Source: Candidatus Iainarchaeum sp.
GTDB lineage: Archaea > B1Sed10-29 > WALL01
Assembly: GCA_023129115.1 (NCBI GenBank)
Contig: JAGMCR010000015.1
Span: forward strand, 6,983-70,982
DNA length: 64,000 nt
Direction of reading: 5' to 3'
A program made the translations under genes and the position numbers. The notes under the pieces are model-generated. The model was not told the DNA's origin. It saw only the letters and a list, made by a program, of their open reading frames with translations, and searched no databases. Shown piece after piece: positions 10,339-20,510 of the stretch; positions within the stretch are counted from its first letter, which is position 1, and each line of letters begins with the position of its first letter.

Positions 10339-10644
10339 GTGTTTTGGTTGGAAGAGGTCAAGAAAGAGAAGACCCGAAGGTCTCCGTTCGTGAATCCCAC
10401 GGAGTACAAGCCCGTGGACGAAAAGGAAAGGGAGATTAAGCAGATAGCGGACAAGTTGAGATTGGACGATGCGACGAAAGCAGTTTCCGACAAGGATTTC
10501 CATGAGGCGCTTGAGCTGGTGCAGAAAAATCAGCCCATTAGAGAAGTAACCGAGAAATTGCACAACATTACGGACGGGGCGCTGCTGCTCCAGGTCTACA
10601 AGGACCTGAAAAAGATTGCAGGCCTCCGGAAACCAGAAGAGTAA
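10339..10644 (+). CDS. Hypothetical protein
   Basis: ORF after ATTAAATA box. Confidence 0.6.
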   Translation: MFWLEEVKKEKTRRSPFVNPTEYKPVDEKEREIKQIADKLRLDDATKAVSDKDFHEALELVQKNQPIREVTEKLHNITDGALLLQVYKDLKKIAGLRKPEE

Positions 10645-10684
10645 AACCAGAAGAGTAAAACCAGAAGAGTAAAACCAGAAGAGT
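10629..10684. repeat. 14-bp tandem repeat (AAAACCAGAAGAGT) x4
   Basis: Four consecutive units spanning the stop codon of 10339-10644 up to the next start. Confidence 0.9.
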
Positions 10685-10691
10685 GATTGTT

Positions 10692-12806
10692 ATGTCAAGG
10701 AAGAAAAACGTGATAGACCAGGTTGCGGGCTTAGGGCTTTTGCTCGTCGCGGTCGTGATAATGGTGTCGGCCGTCGTGATGATTGACATGCCCGACGTGA
10801 CAGTGATTTCGGCAGGGATTCTCGCGCCGCCAGTGGTCCTGCCGACGGGCGAATACACTGCGGCCGCCTTTAACCCACTGGAGGAATTGGCCGCCCGGAG
10901 CTTCGCGAGCGACGAAGAGTTCGCCGCGTTCGCGAGGGACTACGAGGACGCCTACTACGGCTACCGCGGCTTTGAAATGACTGACGCAGTAATCGGCGCG
11001 CCCATGCCCGGGATGGCAATGGCAGAAGGCGGGGCCGGGGAAAAGCAGGCAATCGACTTCTCCGAGACAAATGTCCAGGTCGCGGGCATCGACGAGGGCG
11101 ACCTAATCAAGACGGACGGCGACTACATCTACACAGTCTCCGGCGACACTGTATATATAATCAAGGCCTATCCCGGCGAGGACGCGGAAATCGTTTCCAA
11201 GATTGAGTACGACTACGAGCCGTCCGAGCTATTCATCCACGGCGACAGGCTCGCCGTGTTCGGCAACTACTACGGCGACGTCGCGGGAATCGACTTCGTG
11301 CCCCAGAACGGCATGTCATTCTTCGACGTCTATGACGTGAGCGACCGCTCGAGCCCCAAGCCAGTGAAGGAATACCTCTTCGAGGGGCGTTTCTTCCGCG
11401 CGCGGATGTACGGCGACTACGCCTACTTCGTGGCCACGAACGGGTTCGACTACCGCCCGATTTATCCCACGCCGCTCATCATCGAGGACGGAGAAGTGCG
11501 GGCCATGCCCGCCCCGGACATCCATTACTTCCCAATCCCGTACCACTACCCCGACTTGCTCACGGTGCACGCCATCGACCTGGCCAACCTGGGCGAGGAG
11601 AGCTCGAAGGCCATTGCGGTCGAGGGCGGCCAGAGCCTCTACATGTCGGCCGAGAACATGTACATTACATATACCGAATATGTAAACGAGTACGACCTCC
11701 GGAACGACATCACGAAGTCGCTCCTCGAGGACGAGCTGACGCGGACGGACCGGGGGCTCATCGAGCTGATTGTGGGCTTGCCCGCAGAAATCCTGACGCA
11801 CCACGAGAAGGAAGCCAAAATCCTGGGCATCTACACCAACCACTTGAACTACATGACGCAGAAGGAGCGGGACGAGCTCGAGGACGAGATTGAGGTGCAG
11901 CTCAAGAAAAAGCTCAAGGAATACGAGTACTTCGAGTTCACGGTAATCAGCCAGCTCGGCATCAAGGGCGGCGAGATAACCATCGGCAGCACGGGCAAGG
12001 TCCCGGGCCACGTCGTCAACCAGTTCTCGATGGACGAGCACGGGGGAGTGTTCCGCATCGCGACCACGGTGAGCCCGCGCTGGTCGTGGAGGTGGAAGGA
12101 CCGCAGCGAGTCCGTGAACAACGTCTTTGCGCTGGACTCTTCGCTCAAGGTAATCGGCGAGCTCGGCGAGGTCGCGGAGGGCGAGCAAATCTATTCGACC
12201 CGCTTCATGGGCGACAAATTGTACATGGTGACATTCCGCCAGGTCGACCCGTTCTTTGTGATTGACTTGTCGGACCCCACGGACATAAAGTCGCTCGGCG
12301 AACTGAAGATTCCAGGCTTCTCGCGCTATTTGCACCCCTATGACGAGACAACCATTATCGGCATCGGGCAGGAGACCACCGAGACCGGGCGCGTCATGGG
12401 CCTCAAGGTCTCCTTGTTCGACGTGACTGACGTGTCGGACCCGCAAGAAGTAGCGAAGTTCGTGACCGAGGAGCGCTACGCCCAGTCCACCGCGCTGACC
12501 GAGCACCACGCGTTCCTGTTCTCGAAAGAAAAGGAGTTGATGGTGATTCCGGTGTACAGCGGGTGGGGCGCTGACGGGGACTATGACGGCGCGTTCGTGT
12601 TCCGCATCAGCAAGGACGCGATTGAGCTGCGTGGCCTCGTGGACCACTCGTCGGGCGGCCGGTACGGCCCGTCTGTGCAGCGAAGCCTCTACATCGAGGA
12701 ATTATTGTACACGAAGTCGCCGAGCTTACTTCGCATCAACGAGATTGAGGACTTGTCGCCGGTGAAGGACATCAAGCTCGGGGCGACGGACTTCCCGGTG
12801 TTCTAG
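10692..12806 (+). CDS. Secreted/membrane-anchored beta-propeller domain protein (Beta_propel family)
   Basis: SETNVQVAGIDEGDLIKTDG, NQFSMDE, GEQIYSTRF, VTFRQVDPFFVIDL, GELKIPGFSRYLHP, LKVSLFDV. Confidence 0.9.
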   Translation: MSRKKNVIDQVAGLGLLLVAVVIMVSAVVMIDMPDVTVISAGILAPPVVLPTGEYTAAAFNPLEELAARSFASDEEFAAFARDYEDAYYGYRGFEMTDAVIGAPMPGMAMAEGGAGEKQAIDFSETNVQVAGIDEGDLIKTDGDYIYTVSGDTVYIIKAYPGEDAEIVSKIEYDYEPSELFIHGDRLAVFGNYYGDVAGIDFVPQNGMSFFDVYDVSDRSSPKPVKEYLFEGRFFRARMYGDYAYFVATNGFDYRPIYPTPLIIEDGEVRAMPAPDIHYFPIPYHYPDLLTVHAIDLANLGEESSKAIAVEGGQSLYMSAENMYITYTEYVNEYDLRNDITKSLLEDELTRTDRGLIELIVGLPAEILTHHEKEAKILGIYTNHLNYMTQKERDELEDEIEVQLKKKLKEYEYFEFTVISQLGIKGGEITIGSTGKVPGHVVNQFSMDEHGGVFRIATTVSPRWSWRWKDRSESVNNVFALDSSLKVIGELGEVAEGEQIYSTRFMGDKLYMVTFRQVDPFFVIDLSDPTDIKSLGELKIPGFSRYLHPYDETTIIGIGQETTETGRVMGLKVSLFDVTDVSDPQEVAKFVTEERYAQSTALTEHHAFLFSKEKELMVIPVYSGWGADGDYDGAFVFRISKDAIELRGLVDHSSGGRYGPSVQRSLYIEELLYTKSPSLLRINEIEDLSPVKDIKLGATDFPVF

Positions 12807-13312
12807 AGCAGCCGCTCAAGCACTTCGATGAGGCTGCCGCCGCCGTAGACGTGGGGGATTGCTTCTTCGAGAATCGGCTCTATGTCTTGCTTCTGGTCTT
12901 CCGGCAGGGTGTTCTCGAGGTACATCCTTAGGTAGTGCCTGCCGTCTGCCTTGTCCTGCCGGATGAGGCCTTCGGCCTCGGCGAGCATGCCTTTGCCAAT
13001 CGCGTAGTTGTTGTAGTGCTTTTCGAAGGCCTTGTCGAACCCTTCTTTTCCTGCGTCGTCCAGGGTTCCTTCGATAATGAATTTTGAGAGCACGCCGGCG
13101 TATTCGGGCGTGGCAGAGCCACCGATTTTTTCGTCTACGTGCTTCTGGAGCGCGTTCCTGACCTTGGTTTTTGTCTGGAAGACGAGGTCGTCCAGTTTCT
13201 TGCGGCGGGCGGTGAAGGCGATTCCTTTTGGCATTTCGTCCCGGTTTTTCTCGTGGCTCACTAGCTCGCCGAAGTGCTTCTTGGCCTTTTGGTAGTGCTC
13301 TTCTGCCATCAT
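12803..13312 (-). CDS. Hypothetical protein (paralogue of 13309-13644)
   Basis: Shares KAKxH, ALQKH and GFDxA..HYNxY with its neighbour. Confidence 0.7.
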   Translation of the reverse strand: MMAEEHYQKAKKHFGELVSHEKNRDEMPKGIAFTARRKKLDDLVFQTKTKVRNALQKHVDEKIGGSATPEYAGVLSKFIIEGTLDDAGKEGFDKAFEKHYNNYAIGKGMLAEAEGLIRQDKADGRHYLRMYLENTLPEDQKQDIEPILEEAIPHVYGGGSLIEVLERLL

Positions 13313-13644
13313 TCCAATCCCGCTTTTTTCAATGTATAGTAATTGTAGTGCTCGAAGTACGCGTTGTCGAACCCCTTGACCTTGGCGTCCGCCAATACCT
13401 TTTTGGCAATCACTTCCGCCACTACATCTGGGTCTGCCGCTATGTCCCTCAGCTCCAATTGTTTCTTGATGTGCTTCTGCAAAGCATTCAGCGATTGGGC
13501 TATTTCGCCCTCAATCTTGTTGGAGAGGCTTTGCTGCCGCCTCTGCTCGGAAGGGGGCCATTTTTTCCCGCCGGTCCAAATCTCGCGCTCCAGCTTCAAG
13601 GCGTTGTTGTAATGTTCCTTCGCCTTCTCGTACTTGAGGGCCAT
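13309..13644 (-). CDS. Hypothetical protein (paralogue of 12803-13312)
   Basis: Same shared motifs; ATGA overlap with the downstream gene. Confidence 0.7.
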   Translation of the reverse strand: MALKYEKAKEHYNNALKLEREIWTGGKKWPPSEQRRQQSLSNKIEGEIAQSLNALQKHIKKQLELRDIAADPDVVAEVIAKKVLADAKVKGFDNAYFEHYNYYTLKKAGLE

Positions 13645-13712
13645 GCACTAACTATCGATTTCCTGCTTTAAAGCCTTAAGCATAAATACTCATTTTTGGA
13701 TAATTTAGTGCA

Positions 13713-15017
13713 ATGAAGAAAAGGCCCTCAAAGCCGGGCAAAAGGGCGCCCGAAAAATATTCGCTCGCCGAGAACGGCGTCTTGACGCCAAAGCGCCGCA
13801 AGCGCGTCGACAGTTCCCTGAAGCGCCTGGACAACCGCTGGATAGTCCGCAGTGTCCGCGGGCTTGGCATCAAGATGCACGTTAGGTCCATGCGCTTCGA
13901 CCTGGACGGGAAGGTCGTGCGGGCCCGGCTCGCCGGGCTCACCGGGGGCGTTGCCGGAAAGATTTTCCCGCCGCACATGGACGCCACGCGCGCCGTGCTC
14001 ACGGCCTTCGGCGGCAAAAAGGGCCGTGCCGAGGCCAAAGAAATAAAAGAGTCCCAGGTCGAGCGCAAGGAAAAAAAGATATTGAAGCACCTCGACGACC
14101 AGGTCAAGCACATCGTGGAAAAGAACGGGTGGCACCTTTCCTCCGAAGAGATAATCAAGCTCAAGAGGGTCAAGAACAAAATGGGGGACAGGCGCGCCAG
14201 GGCCGCTTGGTTCATGGACCACCCCGCGTACTGGATTAGCCTGGCCACCATGCTGGTCCCCGTGGGAAAAGCCGGCAAGGGAGTGGCAATCAAGGCCGCG
14301 GAGGCGGGAGTGGCCGAGCTGCTCGAGGAGGGCATGGGAGTGCTCGGCCGGGAAGCAGTCGATGGCATTGAAGACGTTACGCTGGACACTGTTCTTGAGG
14401 ACGGGTCAATCCGGTTCACCGAGGCAGGCCTTAAGGACGCGCCGCACACCAAGCTCGCGAGGATTAGGCACGCGGCCGAGACCCATTACCTCGAGCACAA
14501 GCTGAACGTGGCGCTTGGCCATACCCCTTCTCTGGCGAGCCGCGTCAAGGGTTTCCCAGAGTGGTACCAAAAGCAAAGGATTGCCCACCGCCTGACGGAC
14601 GGCGAGCTCACGGAAATCCAGGCGGAGACCAAAGAAAAGCGCGACACTGGCTTTGTGTTTTGCTATAACCACCAGCTGGACTCGCCAACTGTTTCGTTTT
14701 ATTCCCTCGTGAAGAGGGGGCACAACTATGAGGTCATTGGCAAAGACGTTCGGGTAAGGGGGACGAGGGTGAAAATCCGCCTCGGGCCAATGGGGAACTT
14801 GCATGCCGACGGCCCCAAAGAAGTAACCAGGACCTTTCCTGCGACGCACGGCACAGTGCAGTACCTGCCGCAGGACGCGGAGCACTTCGAGCAATACGTC
14901 GTGAGGCAGCTGAGCTACATCGAGGGCAACAAGAAAAAGCGGGAGAGGCTGACGAGGCGGGTCATGGAAAAGCTGGGCAAGCACCTTGCCTTTGCCAAGG
15001 AGCATGGCTCACCCTAG
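13713..15017 (+). CDS. Hypothetical basic protein
   Basis: 434-aa ORF, K/R-rich N-terminus, no confident domain. Confidence 0.7.
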   Translation: MKKRPSKPGKRAPEKYSLAENGVLTPKRRKRVDSSLKRLDNRWIVRSVRGLGIKMHVRSMRFDLDGKVVRARLAGLTGGVAGKIFPPHMDATRAVLTAFGGKKGRAEAKEIKESQVERKEKKILKHLDDQVKHIVEKNGWHLSSEEIIKLKRVKNKMGDRRARAAWFMDHPAYWISLATMLVPVGKAGKGVAIKAAEAGVAELLEEGMGVLGREAVDGIEDVTLDTVLEDGSIRFTEAGLKDAPHTKLARIRHAAETHYLEHKLNVALGHTPSLASRVKGFPEWYQKQRIAHRLTDGELTEIQAETKEKRDTGFVFCYNHQLDSPTVSFYSLVKRGHNYEVIGKDVRVRGTRVKIRLGPMGNLHADGPKEVTRTFPATHGTVQYLPQDAEHFEQYVVRQLSYIEGNKKKRERLTRRVMEKLGKHLAFAKEHGSP

Positions 15018-15047
15018 CCTTCTTAACCCTCCAAAAACCGTGGGGCC

Positions 15048-15245
15048 TTAAGTTGATAACTTCTGGACTTTGGTGGCCTTGGGCCCCTTGTCGCTCTCGG
15101 CAACCTCGAACTCGACTTCATCGCCCTCGTTCAGCCGCATGTCCTCGGGGAGGTCACTGACGTGAACGAAGATGTCTGTCCCGTCTTCCTTTTCGATGAA
15201 TCCAAATCCCTTCATGGGGTTGAACCACTTTACTTTGCCTTTCAT
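15048..15245 (-). CDS. cspA: Cold-shock domain protein
   Basis: GKVKWFN..KGFGFI (RNP1), DIFVHVS (RNP2), GPKATKV. Confidence 0.95.
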   Translation of the reverse strand: MKGKVKWFNPMKGFGFIEKEDGTDIFVHVSDLPEDMRLNEGDEVEFEVAESDKGPKATKVQKLST

Positions 15246-15332
15246 AAAGAAAAACTCCTATTGGGGCTTGGTTAAGCCGTCCCTCCTTTATAAAACAGCA
15301 TGATTTTATACCTCCACGCCAAAAACAAACCC

Positions 15333-16184
15333 ATGAAGCGCGCTATACTTTCCCTACTGCTCATGCTGTCCCTCGTGGCCGCAGAATCCGCGGGCATGCA
15401 ACTAATGCGGTTCGCCGGCGACAGCGAAATCGACACGACAATCGACCAAATGGACGCCGCGTACGGACTCGACCTCTCGCCCATGGAGAAAAAAGTAGTC
15501 CGCTACTGCATCCGCCGCGACTGCCCGTACATGAAAAACCCCACTGTCCGCGAAAAAACGGGGGCCATCATGGACAAGTACCTCGAGTACCAGCTCGCCA
15601 GCGACGAGGACAGGCCCCGCATCGAGCGGGAAATGGCTGCAATGGGCGAAGAGCTCAAGGCCATTCTCCCACGCCTCCGCCAAAAGCTCGCCCAGGACAT
15701 AGTAATCCGCACCCAATCAATGACCGCCGAGCAGCGCCAGCGCATCCGCGAGCGCCACCCCCGCATCGGCAACATAATCGACAACGCCAAACAAGTCCAG
15801 GTCACCCGCCGCGTCAACGTCTACCAGTCCGAAGACCCCGCAACGGGCGCGACAGACGAATGGACCTTCGTCACCCTGGAGGCAACCGGCGGGAACTCCC
15901 TCGTCGAAATCATTCCCAAAGAAGTCGCCGCGTCGGCCTCGCTCGTGTCAAGCGACCAGGAATTCACCGTGCTTGAGGACGACCCCATACTCGAGTGGGA
16001 CATCTCGGCCAGGAGTGAAGTGACTTATTCCGTGCCCGGCGACAAGAGCGCCCTCGTGACCGACGGGCCGGCAATCGTCTACGACAAAAGCGGCAGCCCG
16101 TTCCTGATTATTGGTGTCGTGCTGCTCCTCGTGCTGGTGGCGGGGGGCGCGTTCTTCCTGAGCAAGAAGAAAAAAGGAAAGTAA
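15333..16184 (+). CDS. Secreted protein with C-terminal TM anchor and basic tail
   Basis: Signal peptide MKRAILSLLLMLSLVAA; C-terminal hydrophobic helix followed by KKKKGK. Confidence 0.75.
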   Translation: MKRAILSLLLMLSLVAAESAGMQLMRFAGDSEIDTTIDQMDAAYGLDLSPMEKKVVRYCIRRDCPYMKNPTVREKTGAIMDKYLEYQLASDEDRPRIEREMAAMGEELKAILPRLRQKLAQDIVIRTQSMTAEQRQRIRERHPRIGNIIDNAKQVQVTRRVNVYQSEDPATGATDEWTFVTLEATGGNSLVEIIPKEVAASASLVSSDQEFTVLEDDPILEWDISARSEVTYSVPGDKSALVTDGPAIVYDKSGSPFLIIGVVLLLVLVAGGAFFLSKKKKGK

Positions 16185-16185
16185 T

Positions 16186-18204
16186 ATGCGGCGGCTCATT
16201 GCATACGCATTCCTGCTCCTCGGCGTACTCGACACGCTCGGCCTCCTCACCGGCGCGCTTGACGTCGGGGAGCGCGTGCTTTCCTCGGTGCTGCTCCTCC
16301 TCCTTTGGTACGGCACAGACCTCCCAAAGCACTTGTTCGGCGAGAGCAACCGCTTCGAGAACATAGCTTTCCTCGCCATCCTGTACACGCTTTCCCTGAA
16401 AAACCTCTTGTACCACTTTGGCGGCTTCCTCCCCCCCGCAGCCCTGTCGATGCTCAGTTACGGGTCGCTCCTAATCGGCTTCGCCGCACTCAATATATTT
16501 TTGGTCTACATCGCGCTGAAGAAGCGCTTCCGCAAAAAGTCCATTGTACATCGCGCCGTCCTCTCCGCCAAAAAATACTTGCCACTGCAGTTCAAGAGCG
16601 ACGCCCTCCAGTTCGTTGCACTGAACTTCGTGTGCGTCACTTTCTTCTTGTTCGTGTTCGACCCGATTTCGCAGTGGCTCATCGCCAGCCTCGACAAGTC
16701 CCTCCTGATTATCGCACTCGCCTACCTGGCCCTGAACCGGGGCGGGGTCAAGAAGGCGGTTGACGCCGAAGAGTCGCTAATCAATACTCTCCTGCGCACG
16801 TTCAAGGCGCGTGCCCCCCTCGCGCTATCGCTTGTCGTGCTGGTCTTCTTCCTCAGCGAAATCGGCTTCTTCCTCGTGCCCCTGTTCACGGGCGCGTTCG
16901 ACCCCCAGCTCGAGGGCGCCTATGCGTCCCTCCCGGGGCTAATCGCGCAGTCCGGGGCCCCCTCAATCCCCGTCTACTTCCTCTCCATAACTGCATTCCT
17001 TCTCTTCGTGGCCGTGCCCGGCTACCTGCTCGCCAGCCAGGCAATCAACCGCCGCGTCGACGGCCGGCTAATCGCCCGCATTTCGCCGCTCGCGCTCGCG
17101 TCGTTCTTCGCGTACTTTGCCTCGGGGGTGTTCCACGTCGAGTCCCTCGCGTCCAAGGCCATGATTGGCGTCGCCATCTGGCTCTCGCCGTTTCCCGGCG
17201 GCTGGCTAATCACGTTCGCTGCGCTGGCAGTCCTCGCCGCCTCCGCCATTGGCGTCTGGGCGTCGCGGCGCTTCCGCGAGGCTGCGTCGGTCGCGACGGT
17301 CCTGGTCTCGCTCGTGTTCTTCGGCGACTACTTCGCCAAGTTCTTTGTGTCGTCGTTCCAGTACTTTTCGTCCGGCCTCTCGGGCGCCATTGGCATAGTC
17401 TTCGCGAACTACCTGCTCGTCACAATCGTTTTCTTTGCCGCCACCGCCGCCGCGTTCATGCGCTACTGCTCCAAGGCGGCGGCAAAGTTCGCGGGCGAGA
17501 GAGTGGTCCTCTTCACGCTGTGCGCCGGCTACCTCATCGCGTTCGCCTCTTACAGCTCCACCCCGGCCGCTGGCGTGCTTGGCGTGCTGGCCAACCCCGT
17601 GCTGATTGCGTTCGCCGCGCTGGCCGCCGTGGCATACGCAAAAAAGGCCCTGAGGCCCCTCGCCATGTTCTTCGCGGCCAGCGCAGCAATGTTCGTCGTG
17701 GCCTACGCTGGCGCCTTCGCCGGGCTGCCCGCGGCTGCGAGGCTTTTGCTGCCGGGCGGCGTGATGCTCGCGTTCGCGTGGAAAAAGCTGGGACTGCCGC
17801 GCCTGTCCTCGCGCGGCCTGGTGCTCTCCGGTGCCGCCGGAATCGCAATCGGCCTGCTGAGCTTTGCCTCGGGGGAGTCGGCGACCCTCGTGTTCGCCAA
17901 CAGCCCGTGGCCGTGGATACTGTTTTTTTCGGCGTTCACTGCCGTGAGCGAGGAAGCGTTTTTCCGGGGCATGCTGTTCTCGTCGCTGCGGCGCGGCTAC
18001 GGGTTCATGGGTGCCGCGGTCCTGTCGTCGGCGTTGTTCGCCGCGGCGCACCTCGCGAAATTCGCCGGGCTTGAAGTACTTGCCGTGCTCTTCGCCGCGG
18101 GCCTTGCGTTCGCGTGGCTCTGCGAGAGGCATTCCATTGGCTACGCCGTGCTGGCGCACTTCGCGTCCAACGTGGTGCTGCTCTCGCTGCTCTATTTCGT
18201 GTAA
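16186..18204 (+). CDS. Large polytopic membrane protein with C-terminal CPBP (Abi/CAAX protease) domain
   Basis: SEEAFFRG, FAAAH and AHFASN motifs. Confidence 0.85.
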   Translation: MRRLIAYAFLLLGVLDTLGLLTGALDVGERVLSSVLLLLLWYGTDLPKHLFGESNRFENIAFLAILYTLSLKNLLYHFGGFLPPAALSMLSYGSLLIGFAALNIFLVYIALKKRFRKKSIVHRAVLSAKKYLPLQFKSDALQFVALNFVCVTFFLFVFDPISQWLIASLDKSLLIIALAYLALNRGGVKKAVDAEESLINTLLRTFKARAPLALSLVVLVFFLSEIGFFLVPLFTGAFDPQLEGAYASLPGLIAQSGAPSIPVYFLSITAFLLFVAVPGYLLASQAINRRVDGRLIARISPLALASFFAYFASGVFHVESLASKAMIGVAIWLSPFPGGWLITFAALAVLAASAIGVWASRRFREAASVATVLVSLVFFGDYFAKFFVSSFQYFSSGLSGAIGIVFANYLLVTIVFFAATAAAFMRYCSKAAAKFAGERVVLFTLCAGYLIAFASYSSTPAAGVLGVLANPVLIAFAALAAVAYAKKALRPLAMFFAASAAMFVVAYAGAFAGLPAAARLLLPGGVMLAFAWKKLGLPRLSSRGLVLSGAAGIAIGLLSFASGESATLVFANSPWPWILFFSAFTAVSEEAFFRGMLFSSLRRGYGFMGAAVLSSALFAAAHLAKFAGLEVLAVLFAAGLAFAWLCERHSIGYAVLAHFASNVVLLSLLYFV

Positions 18205-18237
18205 GGCTTTTATATGAATGCGGGCTTATTGAGTGGC

Positions 18238-18495
18238 ATGAAGAAAAAGCACGTGCCTGTCCTGTTTTTGATGGCGCTTGTCGCCCTGATGTTCTCCGCG
18301 GTATTCGTGAACATGGACGTGCTGGCGTGCGTGGCCGGCGAGCCCGCTGATGCCATACCCTGCATCCAGTCGCTGTGGAAGGCTCCGCTCGACTACCAGT
18401 GGCAGATTGCGATGACTTCGGTGCTGGTGCTGGCTGCGCTGGTGGCTCTTGTTCTTGTGCTGCGGCAGTCGCTGTCCTCGCGCCTATGCAAGTGA
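18238..18495 (+). CDS. Small two-TM membrane protein
   Basis: Two hydrophobic helices; TTTTATA upstream. Confidence 0.6.
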   Translation: MKKKHVPVLFLMALVALMFSAVFVNMDVLACVAGEPADAIPCIQSLWKAPLDYQWQIAMTSVLVLAALVALVLVLRQSLSSRLCK

Positions 18496-18999
18496 GACAA
18501 GCCCGCCCAGGAGAATTATTCCCACGGCTATTGCCGCCGCAATCATCACGAGGAACGAGTAGAACGCGTGCTTGAGCTCGGTCTTGTAGTAGGCCTGGAA
18601 CGCGAGCACCCACAGGATTCCGCCGAACACCATGTTTATCGAGTCCCAAATGGGCAGGTCAATCACGCCAATCATCTGGCTGCCGAAGGTGAACACGAAC
18701 CCGATTGCGTTCAGGCTGCCGACGATGCCGGCCCAGCCCTGCCAGCGCTGCTTCTTGCCCCAGCGCCCGCCCGCCCACTTGCCGACGGCCGTGCCGAGCA
18801 CTGCGGACACCAGCGCGAAGCCGCCAATCATCGTGATTGACACGAGCGCCATTTCCATCAGCTCTGCGTCGGCGTACGTGAGCACCATGGCCGACACAAT
18901 GGCCGCGCCCACGATTATGATGATGGCCGTGCCAAGCTCCATTTTCCGGTATGGCTTTATCCACTTTTCAGGCACTGTCTGCTGCATTTCATACACCAC
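18484..18999 (-). CDS. Membrane protein (paralogue of 44904-45419)
   Basis: PEKWIKP, WGKKQRWQG and FQAYYKTELKHA match 44904-45419. Confidence 0.75.
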   Translation of the reverse strand: MVYEMQQTVPEKWIKPYRKMELGTAIIIIVGAAIVSAMVLTYADAELMEMALVSITMIGGFALVSAVLGTAVGKWAGGRWGKKQRWQGWAGIVGSLNAIGFVFTFGSQMIGVIDLPIWDSINMVFGGILWVLAFQAYYKTELKHAFYSFLVMIAAAIAVGIILLGGLVSLA

Positions 19000-19816
19000 A
19001 CTCGAATTCTATCGAGTTGAACAGCACGTCTCCAGAGATGGGCACGAGCCTGTACTTGCCCGTGGTGTAGTCGCACTCGTCCACGCCGTACTTGCTGTTC
19101 TTGATGGTGATTTCCACTTTGCTGTTCTTGGGTATGTTGGACGGCAATTCGAACTCGAGGCACGTCTTGGTTATTTCGCCGCTGGCGTCGAGCTCGTATA
19201 CGCGGACCATTGGCTTGCCTGTGGGGTACCCCCCGGTGTTCCACAGGTTGAACACGAGGTTGGTTGCGCCGCACCACTTTTCTATGACTGTGAGATAGGT
19301 GTACACGCCCTCGGGCGTGGGGACTGGCGTGGGCTTCACGCACTCCTCGTCCTTTATGCACTTGTTCATGGGCTCGCACCACTCGTAGCCCCTGCCGGTG
19401 TCGCAGCCGTGCTCGTCGATGCCGCCCCCGGCCTGCCCGCCGGGGGGCTCGTCAGTGATTTCCCAGTTGTCGAGGTATACCTGTATTTGCTCTCCCGCGA
19501 GCGCGAAATGGACTGTGAAGCAGCCCGTGCAGCCCGCTGTGTCTACCCTCGTGAGCGTCAGGCCGTCCTGGCTGCCCAGGTGCTCGACCGCTGTTTTGGC
19601 GGCTGCCCTGTCGTCGTCTCCTGTTATCTCCCACGTGCGCAGGCACACGCCTAGTTCGCTGTCCCACGAATAGCCCGCGGGCCCGAGGCACCCGTGCTCG
19701 TCGGTCTCTCCCCCAATTGGCTGTTCTCCGCCGCCGGGCTGTCCGTTGCCGGCCGGCGCCTCCTGCACGCAGCCAACGGCGAGTATAAGCATGATTAGCA
19801 AAGCAATCTTTTTCAA
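18989..19816 (-). CDS. Putative lipoprotein with two DEHGC...W repeats
   Basis: Lipobox-like LAVGC; GGETDEHGCLGPAGYSW and GGIDEHGC...GYEWC; TTG start after GAGGTG. Confidence 0.75.
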   Translation of the reverse strand: MKKIALLIMLILAVGCVQEAPAGNGQPGGGEQPIGGETDEHGCLGPAGYSWDSELGVCLRTWEITGDDDRAAAKTAVEHLGSQDGLTLTRVDTAGCTGCFTVHFALAGEQIQVYLDNWEITDEPPGGQAGGGIDEHGCDTGRGYEWCEPMNKCIKDEECVKPTPVPTPEGVYTYLTVIEKWCGATNLVFNLWNTGGYPTGKPMVRVYELDASGEITKTCLEFELPSNIPKNSKVEITIKNSKYGVDECDYTTGKYRLVPISGDVLFNSIEFECGV

Positions 19817-19854
19817 CAAAAACACCTCATCCCTTATTGTTTGCGTACGGGTTT

Positions 19855-20475
19855 TTATTGGTTTTCGTCTTCTGCGCGGCTTTGCTTCCATTCCTCGACC
19901 GCGTTTCTCCACACGCGCCACTCTCGTTTGTTCTTGGCCATGGGGTACATGGTGCCGAGGTTGCCCGGCTCGCCTTTCTTGCGGAGTGCTTTGTCGATAG
20001 TGTTGAGTGCTTTTGGCTTGCCTTTTTCGTCGTAGAGCCCGACTAATTTGTTTGCCTCGTCGAGGCGCTGGAACAGTATTTCGACGCGGTCGCCGTTGAG
20101 GCGCCTCGGCGCCGGCTTTTTCTTGAGGTGGTGGCCGTAGTGGAGCTGCAGGGCTTTGCCGAGGTGCGGGTCCTGGATTAATTCCCTGAACTGGGTGTAG
20201 AGCCACGAGTCGCTTCTCTTGAACTTTTTCAGGAGCTTCCATTCGAGTGACGCCCATGTTGGACGCTTGGTGGGGTGGCTCATTTCGCTGTACAGCACGG
20301 TGCCGGCCTCGTGCGCGATTTTCTTGACGTCGCCGATTCTGATGAGGCCCTTGTGTGCCTTGAGCTTTTTGAGCGCGGCCTTGAGCTTTTTTTCTGTGTG
20401 CCCGGCAGCTGCTTGCTTGTGGGTGCAGTACTTGCTGTTGCGCAGGCTCTTGACGCGGCCCTGTATTTTTTCCAT
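19855..20475 (-). CDS. Hypothetical basic protein
   Basis: ORF behind a GGGTTTTTATTCC promoter copy. Confidence 0.7.
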   Translation of the reverse strand: MEKIQGRVKSLRNSKYCTHKQAAAGHTEKKLKAALKKLKAHKGLIRIGDVKKIAHEAGTVLYSEMSHPTKRPTWASLEWKLLKKFKRSDSWLYTQFRELIQDPHLGKALQLHYGHHLKKKPAPRRLNGDRVEILFQRLDEANKLVGLYDEKGKPKALNTIDKALRKKGEPGNLGTMYPMAKNKREWRVWRNAVEEWKQSRAEDENQ

Positions 20476-20492
20476 TAGCAATAATTACACTT

Positions 20493-20510
20493 CCACGGAA
20501 TAAAAACCCT
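20493..20510 (-). promoter_or_regulatory. Representative copy of the repeated promoter motif (A)GGGTTTTTATTCC(G/A); part of the family GGA(A)TAA(A/G)AAAC(C/G)CTTTTATCC
   Basis: TATA-like box ~24 bp before ATG; related copies near 20943, 21377, 21915, 22507, 23106, 24441, 26419, 28115, 29005, 32225, 34522, 35947, 41045, 43301 and 45507. Confidence 0.7.

Noticed and set aside
14640-14700. NHQLD as an acyltransferase HxxxxD motif
   Set aside because: The spacing is imperfect and the other acyltransferase blocks were not seen.
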